DNA from: Octopus vulgaris
Lineage: Eukaryota
NCBI GenBank assembly: GCA_951406725.2
Contig: OX597819.1
Location: forward strand, 16,988,001-17,052,000
Length of the DNA: 64,000 nucleotides
Reading direction: 5' to 3'
This document shows positions 51,701 to 64,000 of the stretch, one piece after another. The notes below the pieces were generated by a model. That model had not been told where the DNA came from. It was given only the letters and a program-made list of their open reading frames with translations, and did not search any database. Position 1 is the stretch's first letter; each line of letters opens with the position of its first letter. Position numbers and translations under genes: made by a program.

Positions 51701-52123
51701 CCACGCACGCACGCACACAGCATGCACACATATATACGTACATACATACATACATACATGCATACATACATACATACATACGCACACATGTACAATCACA
51801 CGCGAACACACACACATACATTTCTCTATCTCTCGCTCTCTCTCCCTCTCTGTACATACACATATCGTATGGGTGTGTCTATACACACATATATGATACA
51901 CATGTATAGGTATATATTCGCTAATTTCTCTCTTTCTCTCTCTATCTATCTATTTATCGATACATCCGTCCAATCATTCACCCCTAAATATGAGAGCAAA
52001 TTTAAGAATAACAACAGTACGTGTATCAAATGGGGTCAAACTTATTGAAGAATCTATTTGACTGGAAATTTTATTGTTCACCTGAATGCTTATTCCTCTT
52101 TGTGTGTGTGTGTGTATGAGAGA

Positions 52124-52163
<40 letters not shown>

Positions 52164-52814
52164 GAAAGATAGGGACAGAGAAAGAGAGGGACTTTCAAGT
52201 CACTGTAAATAAAATTATTTAAAATAAAATTTATGGCTGTTTATTTAGCCAATATTGGCTGTTTTTCCATCTGTCTAAAAATACTCATTTTTAACTACAC
52301 CCCACCACTACACGGACACATAGATATATGTAGCGTCCAAATGTTAATATTCATAATCGGTCCTACTACATTCCCTCTTTATATTTGCCAGTTGAAGCAA
52401 ACATGGCTTGTTGATACGTTATGAGAAAAAATCGAAATACTTTCGTTTCACCATTTGGCCTTAAAGGCAATATCCACTCCTCTTTGCACTCTATAAGAAG
52501 TAAAAAAAAATCGTTCCGATGATATTATCAAATTTATCTCCCTTAGACGTTTATCGTTTTTTTTTAAAGACCCTACAAGTGAAATTTCGCCCGCTATGGA
52601 TATTTCTAGTGAAACTAAGTTATGTTGTGTTTTTTTTTATCTCTTTCTTTTACATATGCAACACCCCCACAGAGAACTTTATACACGGAATTAGTTGCTA
52701 AAATCTCTCTACTGGAGTGCTGCCTATGTAATATAAGGAGATAAAAAGATAACTTAATGTTCACTAGAAATGTTCATTCAATATCCCCACGTGTGTCTAG
52801 CTGCATGTGTGTGT

Positions 52815-53030
52815 ATCTTTTATCTTTTTTTGTTTCTGTCACTGGACTGTGGCCATGCTGGGGCACCGCCTTAAAGAGTTTTAGTCGAACGAAGCGATTC
52901 CTGCTCTTATTTTATTTTCGAGCTTACTACATATTCTATCGGTTTCTTATGCTAAACCGCTAAGTTATAAGGGGGTAAGCAAATCAAGACCGGTCGTGAA
53001 GCGGTACTGGGGGGGGGGGGGGGCAAACAT
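52815..53030 (-). mobile_element. SINE family 1, 3' part
   Basis: GACTGTGGCCATGCTGGGGCACCGCCTT..AACCGCTAAGTTA motif. Confidence 0.7.
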
Positions 53031-53049
53031 ACATACATGCATGTGACAC

Positions 53050-53575
53050 AGAGAGAAAGAATACTAGACAAATGGAAAAATGGGATTACCATCAAATTAC
53101 CAAAGAATGGTGACTTGAAGGAATGCCGGAATTAGATGGAATAGCACTACTTTATGTAATGAGTAAAATCATGGAGCAAGTCATCATTGAGCGAATACAG
53201 AAAGGAGTAGATCAGTCTCTCAGGAAAGAGCAGGCTGGATTACGCAGGAAAAGAAGCACAATGGAACAAATATTTCTTCTTCAGAGACATTTTAAAGCAA
53301 GTCCAGGAGTGGAGAGCAATGGTGTATATTCGATTCTGTTGACTTTGAAAAAGCTTTCGACTCAGTCGAAGGATTAGAAAATAAGAGATTATATGGCATT
53401 GCTGACTAGCTCACGAGGATTGTGCAGACAGTATACGACGACTTTGATTGCACAGGCGGGGATCAAGACAAAGTGGTTTAAGGTTACAACTGGAGTAAAG
53501 CAGGGGTGTGTTATGTCAGGCTTCCTGTTTCTCATGGCGAAAGACCGGTTCATGCGAAGAACAACAGAAAAGATT
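53050..53575 (+). mobile_element. RTE-clade LINE reverse transcriptase fragment
   Basis: IKLPKNGDLKEC, LRKEQAGLRRKRSTMEQIF, VDFEKAFDSV and WFKVTTGVKQGCVMSGFLF. Confidence 0.9.
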
Positions 53576-54268
53576 CTCCATCTAATGCTACTTAAGTAAA
53601 GCTTCCGATAATAACAGTGTAAACGTTTTGAAACTTAAATATCTTCGGTTGGAGGATACTTCTTATTTAGGAGAAAATGTGAAAATTCGGATGCACATAC
53701 GCAGAAAACTTTGATTATTGTCCAAAACAAAATTCACTAAATTCTTGATATCATGTCCGTTCAGATATTTCACTAACATTGATGAAACATTAGATTGAAC
53801 AAGTACCATACAATATGCGTCCGATTCATTTCTAAAGTAATTACGGGGCCTATGAACGGGTTTTAGGCAACGTCTTCTTATGAAAGGATTGTTCACAAAA
53901 GCAGAACGCTTACACACACCATGGAATAATTATTTTGGTGAATTAAGAACAAACACATCAAAGATGTTATATTAATTTAGCGTTTATTGGTTAATAGAAA
54001 AATATATATTATGGAGTGTGCAACAATTCATAATAGACTATGTGACTAGGTCACATCTGCGAAGTCTGTGTAGTAGGTCATTTCTGTAACCTAGTCACTG
54101 ACATGCGCTGCCTCTTTTGAAAACAAGTTACTCGTGAGATGTTACATGTCTCGTGTATTTTCTTTAGTGTTCTTACTTTTCTTTTCTCTCTCTTTTGATT
54201 CTCATTTCTGTTGTTGCATTCGACGTAGAGTTTGCCTGTTTATAAAATATCATTTGTTTCGTCCGCTT

Positions 54269-54312
<44 letters not shown>

Positions 54313-54797
54313 TGTGTGTGTGCTTGAGTTTAAGGGCTCTTTATTTTTTTCTTTTAGTGTTTGTGCTGTGTGAATTTTTGCTTTTTTGTGTACTGAAATT
54401 TGTATCAGTTGATCTAACTTGAACTCTAACTTGAGGGTATTTTATCACTTGTAGTTTCAATTCCTGTGTTTACCTTCTCTGCCTATCAGTATACAGAAGC
54501 ATGTAGTTATTTGTTTGTTTGTTTGCTTGTTTGTTTGTGTGCGTGCGTGCGTGCGTGCGTGCATATCTACTAACATGTATGCATATATGTATGTATGTAT
54601 GTGTGTAAATATGTATTGGAATGTAGGTCGAAAAGTTATAAAAAAAGTGACCTGCGTGCGGTATTGTACAGGTTAATTTTATGGATATAAACTTAAGAGA
54701 ATATATACATGTACACACATGCATATCCGAGTGTATATAAATATGTGTACATGCTTGTATGTGCGCGTGCATGCATATCTATTTATCCGCACATAAA

Positions 54798-54913
<116 letters not shown>

Positions 54914-55789
54914 TATACCCCTCCCAGCATATAACAAGGCAAGTTTACTCCTGCCAATAAAGTAGGGGATAAGTCGGTGTTCTCTTTCCTTCACTTTCTC
55001 TATCCCTCTTTCACTCTTTCTCTGTCTGTCTGTCTGTATATCTCTCTTTCCTTTACTTCTAGGATGGTTTATTTAAAAGGCTGCGTTCCACTTCAGGAAG
55101 GGGAAAGGGCCTTTGTTCTGTAAGGACCTCGTTAAGTCGTGTACTGACTGGCCTCTAAATAGTCAAGCTTTTCCTTATTCTCTTCATCAGTTCTGCTTCT
55201 ATCATCTATGGATAGAATAGATTAAATGATGTCAGACATGTACACACACTCTCTCACACACATACACACGCACCCCCCCACACACATATACACGCACCCC
55301 CACACACACATACACGCATACACATATTTACATACAGTCGCATATTCACTCACACAATCCGTTATAGACAAGCACACACACGAAAAAATTCACAGTACAT
55401 AGAGAGACAAGTACAGACCCATACACACGTTAGTATTTATATACATGTATAAAACGAGACTATTTGTTTTGCTTTTATTCTTTAGTGTAAGGGAGACGGG
55501 CAGCGGCCATGACCTTTGCTTTGTCCCTCAAACTGCAGAAGGAAGACGGTTATACTCTGACCTCAGACCTGAGTGCCCGCAACAGCGTTGACTTTAATAA
55601 AGATAACAAATCACCAGGCTGTGGTAGATAACAGATTAAGTCTCATATCGACCAGCTTCCACACAATGTTTGTTTATTCTGTCTTTCAAATGATATTCGC
55701 TATCATTTGGTTTATTCCAGAACAAGGATATGATAATAAACATTTGCTCGGTGTAGGATGGAACCCACAGACTTCTGCTTCAGATATTT

Positions 55790-56035
55790 AGATAGGTTCC
55801 GGCCAGGATTGACCAAATCATGACTAACATAGCAGCACCTCGTGTAGAAGACATTTAATCATTTCCATGTTACAGTCATAGTTTCGGTACCATTGTCCGT
55901 TCGAGTAAAGAATTAATCTTTGTAGAGATATATCCGGGTGTTGGTGGTTTACCTGGAATCTGGGGAAATTCATCCAGGAACCGTTTGAATGTTACGAGAT
56001 CTTTCTCTTTCCTTTTGTGACTTAGCACGATGTCG
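55790..56035 (-). mobile_element. CR1-like LINE 3' end
   Basis: DLVTFKRFLDEFPQIPGKPPTPGYISTKINSLLE resembles the FK..LD.FL..IPD.P..PGY...NSL tail. Confidence 0.55.
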
Positions 56036-57126
56036 GATCTTTTCTAAAAGATGGACAGAATTTTCTACTTAACTAAATAATTTGAAACTTCGTATACTGG
56101 TAGAATGTGTCAAAAGAAAACATTAACTTCAATTAGTTTTTTTGAGAAAATATGTATTTTGTAACTTTTACGTAGTTTAATTCTTCGAATTTTAACCAAT
56201 CGTATTCTCTGTTTTGAGCTCAATTCATTGCTGCCGTGTTATTCATCCTTGTCACTGTCTTCTGTCTTCTGTCTTCAAAGGCTTCTCGCATGTTTATTTC
56301 AATGTCATCCCTGACTTACGGAACGATTACCCGTGTGTGTGTGTTTTTGTTGTGTATGTGTGTGCGTGTGTGTGTTTGTTGTGTGTGTGTGTGTGTGTGT
56401 TATTGTTGTGTATGTGTGTGTGTGTGTTTTTGTTGTGTATGTGTGTGTGTGTCTTTTTGTTGTGTATGTGTGTGTGTTTTTGTTGTGTATGTATGCGTGT
56501 GTATGTGTGCGCGTGTGTTTTTGTTGTGTATGTGTGCTCGAACGAAAACAATTGCAGCGTGGAAGGTGTTTGTAAGCCATTTAAGAAACACGGATTTTTG
56601 TCAGTGAACAGGTCGCGGTCTTATAGCGGCGAAAATATTTTGACAAATTAAACTTAAATGTTGAAGTGAATCGAACGGCTTTTGTGTGTTTCTTAAATTT
56701 ATTCTTAATTTATTATCGCCGCTTTATGAGAGGGTGCAACAATAATTTGGTGTCAATTTTGACTGACTTTAAATGAGGACGCGAGCTAATCTCAGGAATC
56801 ATGAATTGCTCACTATTGACATTACCTTAAAGAAAAGACAAGAGGACAACTGTTCATACATGTTTCTGCCTAATTAGGCGTCATAAGTCCAATTGCTATC
56901 TTATCGCACATACATACACACATACATACGCACATACATACACACACACACACATACACACACACACACACTTAAGCATACACATATATGCACGCACAAT
57001 AATTTGCACATCCGATTTAAATTGGATGTGCTGATTTAATGCCATAAACTGCAGCGTATCGTTCCGAGAAATCATCTTGTATAGACAAAGCACGCAAAAA
57101 TCACAGATTATATCAGCAGAAGTGAT

Positions 57127-57304
57127 AGGCGCAGGAGTGGCTGTGTGGTAAGTAGCTTGCTTACGAACCATATGGTTCCGGGTTCAATCCCGCTGCGTGG
57201 CACCTTGGACAAGAGTCTTCTACTATAGCCTCGGGCCGACCAAAGCCTTGTGAGTGGATTTGGTAGACGGAAACTGAAAGGAGCCCGTGGTATATATGTA
57301 TGTA

Positions 57305-57371
<67 letters not shown>

Positions 57372-57695
57372 TTTACTGCCCACAATGAGCTAAACATAGA
57401 GGGGACAAACAAGGACAGACAAACGGATTAAGTCGATTACATCGACCCCAGTGCGTAACTGGTACTTTATTTATCGACCCCGAAAGGATGAAATGCAAAG
57501 TCGACCTCGGCGAAATTTGAACTCAGAACGTAACGGCAGACGAAATACGGCTACGCATTTCGCTCGGCGTGCTAACGTTTCTGCCAGCTCACCGCCTATT
57601 ATATATATATATGTATGTGTGTGTGTATGTTTGTGTGTCTGTGTTTGTCACCCCAACATCGCTTGACAACCGATGCTGGTGTGTTTACGCTAAGT
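57127..57695 (+). mobile_element. SINE family 1 with nested SINE family 2
   Basis: tRNA head at 57127-57200 (A and B boxes). The body resumes at about 57640 after the nested insert. Confidence 0.85.
57370..57597 (-). mobile_element. SINE family 2 monomer inserted in the (TA)n of a family 1 SINE
   Basis: Aligns to 50160-50387. Confidence 0.85.
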
Positions 57696-57953
57696 ATGTT
57701 ACAGATCGCCCCTCTCTCTCTCTGTATGCATACATACATACATTCATTATATGCAGCAGGACAGAATCAGTATTAATTTAAAATAACAATATACGCATCA
57801 TACTTAATGACAGATACATCACGAAAAGCCTAATCAACTGCGCTATTCGTCCTGAGATAATATCTAATTGCGACGTGTGTGATTTTTCAATCACTGTTTT
57901 ACAGCATTAGTTACGGCATGTTTTGCCGTAGCAAGCAGTTGCTATATGGATGC

Positions 57954-57998
57954 ATGCTACTGAGGACGCCAAGAGAGACAGAAATGTGCATTTAGCAT
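57954..57998 (+). ncRNA. Minimal type I hammerhead-like motif with decayed stem II
   Basis: AUGCUA CUGAGGA CGCCAAGAGAGACA GAAA UGUGCA UU^UAGCAU. Perfect 6-bp stem I and near-palindromic stem III. Confidence 0.5.
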
Positions 57999-58259
57999 TG
58001 TCACCGCTGCTGCCGGACGATTTTAGTCTGCTACTGAATTTTTTGTACGTTTTTGACACTCTACGTCCACGAGAAATACTAGCACGGGACAAATATCGTA
58101 GTTAATTAGGTTTCCCGTGATGTATCTACTTTACGAGTGATGCACAGATTGCTAATTTAAACTAATGCTGCTTCTATTGCGCACAATGAATTTTTATTCT
58201 ACTGGTCAGCTAACTGTAACCTCAGTGATTTTTCAATTACTGTTTTGAAAAAGGATGAA

Positions 58260-58462
58260 AGATCCTTCCCCAGCCAATAGCTCGTAAGGCCAGTTTCCCG
58301 GGTTCTGTGGCGTATATATTCATTTTTGCCAACAGAGTGAACTAGAGCAACGTGAAATGAAGTGCTTTGTCCGAGAAACAACGCGCCGCCCAATCCAAAT
58401 ATCGAAACCACAATCTTACCATCATGAGTGTAACACCATAAGCACAAAACCACGTGCCTTCA
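58260..58462 (-). mobile_element. Degenerate tRNA-headed CORE-like SINE
   Basis: Minus TGAAGGCACGTGG..GGTTTCGAT..GGACAAAGCACTTCATTTCACGTTGCTC. Confidence 0.5.
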
Positions 58463-58499
58463 TAACCACTGTTTTACTATATCAGTAACAGCAGATATT

Positions 58500-58896
58500 C
58501 TTTACTCCTATAGGCACAAGGCCCGAAATTTATGGGGAGGGGTCAGTCGATTAGATCGACTCCAGTACGCGGCTGGTACCTAATTTACCGACCCCGAAAG
58601 GATGAAAAGCAAAGTCAACCTCAGCGGAATTTGAACTCAGAACGTAACGACAGACGAAATACCTGTTTCTTTACTACCCACAAGAGGCTAAACACAGAAG
58701 GGACAAACAAAGACAGACAAACGGATAAAGTCGATTATATCGACTCCAGTGCGTAACTGGTACTTAATTTATCGACTCCGAAAGGAAGAAAAGCAAAGTC
58801 GACCTCGGCGGAATTTGAACTCAGAACGTAACGGTAGACGAAATACCGCTAAGCATTTGGCCCGGCGTGCTGACGTTTCTGCCAGCTCGCCGCTTT
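58500..58896 (-). mobile_element. SINE family 2 dimer with 16-bp TSD
   Basis: TSD AGTAACAGCAGATATT at 58484-58499 and 58897-58912. Confidence 0.9.
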
Positions 58897-60588
58897 AGTA
58901 ACAGCAGATATTGTCTAAACATACAGTTGCCAATAGCGACTTGATATCGATGAAAAATCAAAGAGTCAGACATCTGTATTTAGCAATGCTGGACGGTTTT
59001 CATCTGTTACTGATATATATTTGTGTTTTTAACACTGTACGTCCGTCCGCCCATCCATCCATCCATCCATCCATACATACATATACACACATATATGTAT
59101 ACAAACATACAAGCACACATCAACCTAGATATATAGGTAATGTAAACTATAAGATTAAGTTTGTTGAAACTATTGTATATTGTATAAAGAGTGATGCACC
59201 TGAGATCGACACACCGTATATTTACATCAAGCCCAGTAAGAACGCTATAACAGCATCTGTGTAACAGTGTGTGTATATACAAACTGTTGATACAAGAAAA
59301 CTTTTGCAGAAGATTAAATGTCAGTCTAGATATAGTGGAATGATGCAAGATCGGGCTTCCTATAACAATTTTTTTTCATGGTAACATTGTATTGTTATGT
59401 GTAAAGTTTATATATAAGTAGTTTGTTAAGCGGGTAGAGAATGGATAGTTTTATACATACATACATACATACATACATACATACATACATACATACATAC
59501 ATACATACATACATACATACATACATACACGTATGCGTGTATGTGTGTGTATGTGTACTACGTATATATGCACATACACACATGCACACATATACATTTA
59601 AGAAGAGAGAAATAGACAGGTAGAGACAGGTAGAGATAAATCTATGTATGTAGCTGTGTAGGAAGGTAGTGGGGCAAATAGATTTATGATGGCTGTATGT
59701 GTGTGAGAATGTGCGTGTACGTATGTGTACGTATGTATGCGTGTGTATGTGTATTATTATACGATGAAAGCCTTCTAGCTATTCACCATCCAGTCTTATT
59801 TGCAAACAAAATTTATCTGAGACTCATTATTTAATGCATCCTTCCTTTTCTCTTAAGATGGTATTGAACAATTTGGAGGAGATAAAGTTGCTCTTTGTGG
59901 CCGGTCGAGTAACTGCCGAGAGTTTCGTCGTTCGCTGTCGCGATGATACAAGTGTAGAGGCCAGTCTATAAAGCTTAGCAACAACAACAACAACAACAGC
60001 AGCAGCTCGTAAGCATACACCACATTCGTTCCCGTTCCCCACCATGATCATCACGACGATGACCACCACCTCTTCCTTTTTCTCCTCCTCCTCCTCCTCT
60101 CTCCTGCCACCAATGGCAACAAAAACAACATTAAAAGCAACAGCTCATTTTATGAATTTATCACCACCACCACCATCATCAGCAACAATAACAACAACAT
60201 ATTAAACACATTTTCCTCCACGACGACGACGACGACGACGAACAACAACAGCAACAACAACAACAGCTTATGTACCCAATCACTCCCATTCCTCGGCGGC
60301 GACCACGCCTAATCCCTTTTATTTCCTTTCTTCTATAGGCACAATACCTGAAATCTTACAAGGGGATTCGTCGATAAACTGGTACTTTATCGATCTCGAG
60401 AGGATGAAAAACAAAACAGAATTCTGCAACCACGACTGATAACGACAATCTCAATAACATTTAAAACATGTGACACAGTCACCGTCATGTACACGCATAT
60501 ACACCTATTATATGCAATCAGCACCCTCAAAATACAAGGTATACATAATTAGTATGAGCCATCCCCACAACACATACTAAAATATATA

Positions 60589-61149
60589 TCTCTTATTATA
60601 AAAGGCAGTTTTTATCTGCCTCCCTTTGTCAGTTATAGAAATCTACAATATAGGATTTCTTCAATTACAATTTACCTAGCATTTTTAAGAGTAGAATGCA
60701 TCGGGTCATGCCAGGTCCAGTTTTTAAAATTTAAACTCCAATTAAGCAAAATTTACAGAAAACTCACATTCTGGTGTGTATGTCAAATGCTTTTCTTAAT
60801 GTGGTTTACACCACACGTACCGCACACACACAGTGTGCAACGAATAAAATGAAAGTAATTGGAAGAGAGTAAATAGCGACAGAGTGATTTGAGGAAGACT
60901 AAACTGAAAGTATTTAAACCACTACTCAAAAAATAAAAAAAACACAGCAAACAGAAACAAATAAATACATAACGATTTACTCCTCACACAATTTCTTCAA
61001 TTAGAGTTTACCTAAGATTTTTCAAAGTACTCCATTCGGTCATGCCATAATATATTTCTTTCAATTTCACCCCCAATTAAGACAAAATTCGAGAAAACTC
61101 AATATTTTAACATTTCACTCCGAAAGCATTGATGTACATGTGTGCGTGC

Positions 61150-61198
<49 letters not shown>

Positions 61199-62283
61199 AT
61201 GGGTTGTGCGACACAGAAAGTGTGGTGTGTAAGTGAAGTGCTTTTGTTAGTGTGTGTAAAGAGACAGACAGAGTGAAAGACAGAAATAACTGAACTTTTT
61301 TTATTCACTTTTTGTAGTGAGTGACTGAGAGAGAAAAGAGAGAGAGAGGTTATGTATGTATATATGTATGTATGGCTTCAGTGACACACACACACAAAAA
61401 CACATACCTAAGTACACCTAAAGCACGCACACACACACACACAAGCGGAGCGCGAACTTCAAAATTTTGGTAGTATTAATTTGCGAGCGTACTTCTAAGC
61501 GCGCGTAATTGAAAGTTTTCACTATGATATCATCACGTGCGAAAAAATTCGAAGGGTTTTGAACAATTGAGATACAGATGTCACGCCTGTATTGAAACCA
61601 TTGCTAAGCTGCCGTAATTGCTTAATTAAGACTTTGCTTAAATTGAAAGGGGCAAATATGTGACGAAGTTGAAAAAAATAACCCAGAAAAAAAAATGTAC
61701 TGCTGGTATTTATATAATTCACTACTATTTTGCTACAATGTCATGAAAAAGAAAAATTTAGGTATGTAAATCGAATTCGCCACCCCCTTTTCCCCGTTCG
61801 CGTTTGTGTAAAAAAAATTATTATTTAAGTTTTAAAAATTATTTACTTTGTTCAAAAAATATTAATATTAATTAATTTTCAAGAATTATTTAATTTTATT
61901 CTGTAAAATAGTAATTAATTCATTTATCTGTAAATCCGCGAGGTTGTTACTCAGGCACCTACAATGGTAACCTTCAACTAACACTATCTCCTCCGAGACC
62001 CTGCGGCGCAAGTTGACCAAAATTGAGAGTATGGTAGAAGAAGGGTTGCTCTTCCTTCCGTAGAACATAAAATTCAAATCGGACCATGTTAACACCAAAA
62101 ATTATTTACATCAAAAAGATGCTTTTTTCTATGAAAATCCCTATTTTTTACGATTTTTTCACTGCTGTGTCGCCACTTTTCGGTGTATTTCGACCAGAAA
62201 AATGTTCACAAAATTTTTACTTTTCAAAATTACAATTCCAGCGGGTCGAAACAAACCCGAGCAACGCCGGGCGATACTGCTAG
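60589..62283 (+). mobile_element. Non-autonomous Helitron, about 1.7 kb
   Basis: 5' TC after A (60588), 3' hairpin CCCGAGCAACGCCGGG plus CTAG followed by T, and no TSD. Confidence 0.8.
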
Positions 62284-63794
62284 TTCACAAATACAAAGTA
62301 CAACATATATTATACACAATCACCATCAACGATACATAAAAATATCTGTTATCATAATCATCAGCAAAATACATCTGTTATTATAAACAATCATTACTAC
62401 CAACCTATAAAACCCACACTTCACACAATCACTGCCCGATATGATGACTTAATTCACACAACACACACGAAACATAATTATGTTCCCATATTCACAAGAG
62501 ACAATATTACAAGTATTTCTGTAAGACGGAGATGCGCTTGTTGGTGCAGTAGAAGTTTGGTGAAAACTGTACAACTGTGGAGCGTCGATAATTAGGAGTT
62601 TTACTGCACATTTCAAAGAAACATACAGACACTTACAGTATATATATATATATATATACATACTCGCTACAACATATGTCCACACACTCAAAAAGTTCCT
62701 GTAGACAAACATACTACACACAGAAATGTAAATAGTTGTTTGACGTTCGTATCGAAAAACACATTGGCACACACATATGAAATATGTATGTTTTGCGCGT
62801 TGCGTATATGTGCGTGCGTGGATATGGACACGTGTTTGCATGCATGTGTGTGTGTGTATACATGCATGATTGTGTGTGTTATGGTGTTTTATATATACAT
62901 GTTAGTGTGTATATCATCATTGTTTCATGACCTTTTTTCCATGCTGGCACGGGTTAGCCGTCGAGCAAGAGGAATGCGTCAAGCCCCAATGTCTGCTATA
63001 ACATAGTTTCTACGGTTGCTTTTCCCAACACCAACCACTTTACAGAATGCGGTGGGTGCTTTTTCCAAGGCACCGGTCCAAGTGAGTTCTCCAAGTAACT
63101 CGCAACTAAGTATGGAAGAGCAGTATTGAGGAAGGTGGTTTTTATGGCAGATGATGAAAGGGTGAAGCATGATAGAGCGACAAAAACAGGTGTCTTGCAA
63201 TAGAGGAGATATGTGGCTACCCCAGTTGGAAAATGGGAGAAGATGGCTTTGAAGAGGTGTGAGGACATACTCTCAAGTTACATGAAGGCTAATATAAGAG
63301 AAGTGGTCCAGACGTACATATCTACGTATATAAAATATATAGTCATAGAAGCTGTAATTACACTCCAGGTATAACAATTACGTCTTTTAGACAGTGTCAT
63401 ATAGTATCGCTTGTATTTTGACCCAGTTTTTACTATGGACATTTTATAGTAAGTGTCGTGTCACCAATTATATTTGAAAGATTATTCAGCTCATGGCCAT
63501 GCACATAACTTCGTTAACAAGGCAGTAAAAGTATTGACACGTACCCCACAAGCCTCTCAGATACTTGAGATGCCCTAGATAAATGCACAGAGGTCTGAGA
63601 TTTGACATATACATAGTTAATTGTGATTACAATATAATGCTGGAGATATTTTATTGTTTTGATGGTTTCAATCATTAGACAACAATCATGGTGTATAGTT
63701 TTAGTCGATCATATGAAATACAGTATTTATTTTATCGATTTCTTGTCGATTGGCTTAGCATTTTGACGTGCTGTTTTACTTTTCGTTTTCTATA

Positions 63795-63990
63795 GACGCA
63801 GGAATGCCTGTGATCTTAAGAAACTCGCTTTACAAACTCGTAGTTTCGGGTTCAGTGCCTTCTACTATAGATCCGGGCTGACTAATGCCTTGCAAGTGAA
63901 GTTTCTAGACTGCGTGGAAACTGTACGGAAGCCTATCCGATATATGTGTGTATGTGTGTATGTTTTGTACGTATGTATGCGTGTATATCT
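63795..63990 (+). mobile_element. Degenerate SINE family 1 head
   Basis: GACGCAGGAATGCCTGTG..GGGTTCAG..TTCTACTATAG..GGAAACTG. Confidence 0.6.
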
Positions 63991-64000
63991 TGTATGCATG

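Noticed and set aside
53663-53917. 84-aa non-repetitive ORF
   Set aside because: No recognisable motif or splice signals. It cannot be supported without a homology search.
57127-57200. tRNA gene (also at 31915-31985 and 44765-44835)
   Set aside because: A and B boxes are present but there is no proper cloverleaf and each continues into a multicopy SINE body.
59858-59970. Possible exon after a pyrimidine tract and AG
   Set aside because: Short frames with no recognisable homology and no convincing donor or partner exons.

Overview
Eukaryotic, AT-rich, microsatellite-saturated DNA with no confidently identifiable host protein-coding gene. The repeat families (three tRNA-derived SINEs, R4/Dong and RTE LINEs, Penelope-like fragments) look like those of an octopus genome (inference from recalled repeat sequences). 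Most long ORFs in the track are translated microsatellites. Supported content: decayed R4/Dong, RTE and CR1-like LINEs, Penelope-like element (PLE) fragments, two Tc1/mariner relics, two Helitron-type elements, hAT MITEs with 8-bp TSDs, many SINEs, a perfect 10 x 59-bp minisatellite and several long inverted repeats. The main signal is RNA structure. About ten hammerhead-ribozyme (HHR) motifs sit in short elements, most of which abut (TA)n tracts. Three copies of one family (minus strand, 5647-5722, 7488-7563, 29584-29658) carry all the hammerhead parts in a NON-circularly permuted strand order, giving a double pseudoknot. A k-turn-like motif extends stem III, and there are compensatory changes between copies. 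Structures were folded by eye and self-cleavage is untested.
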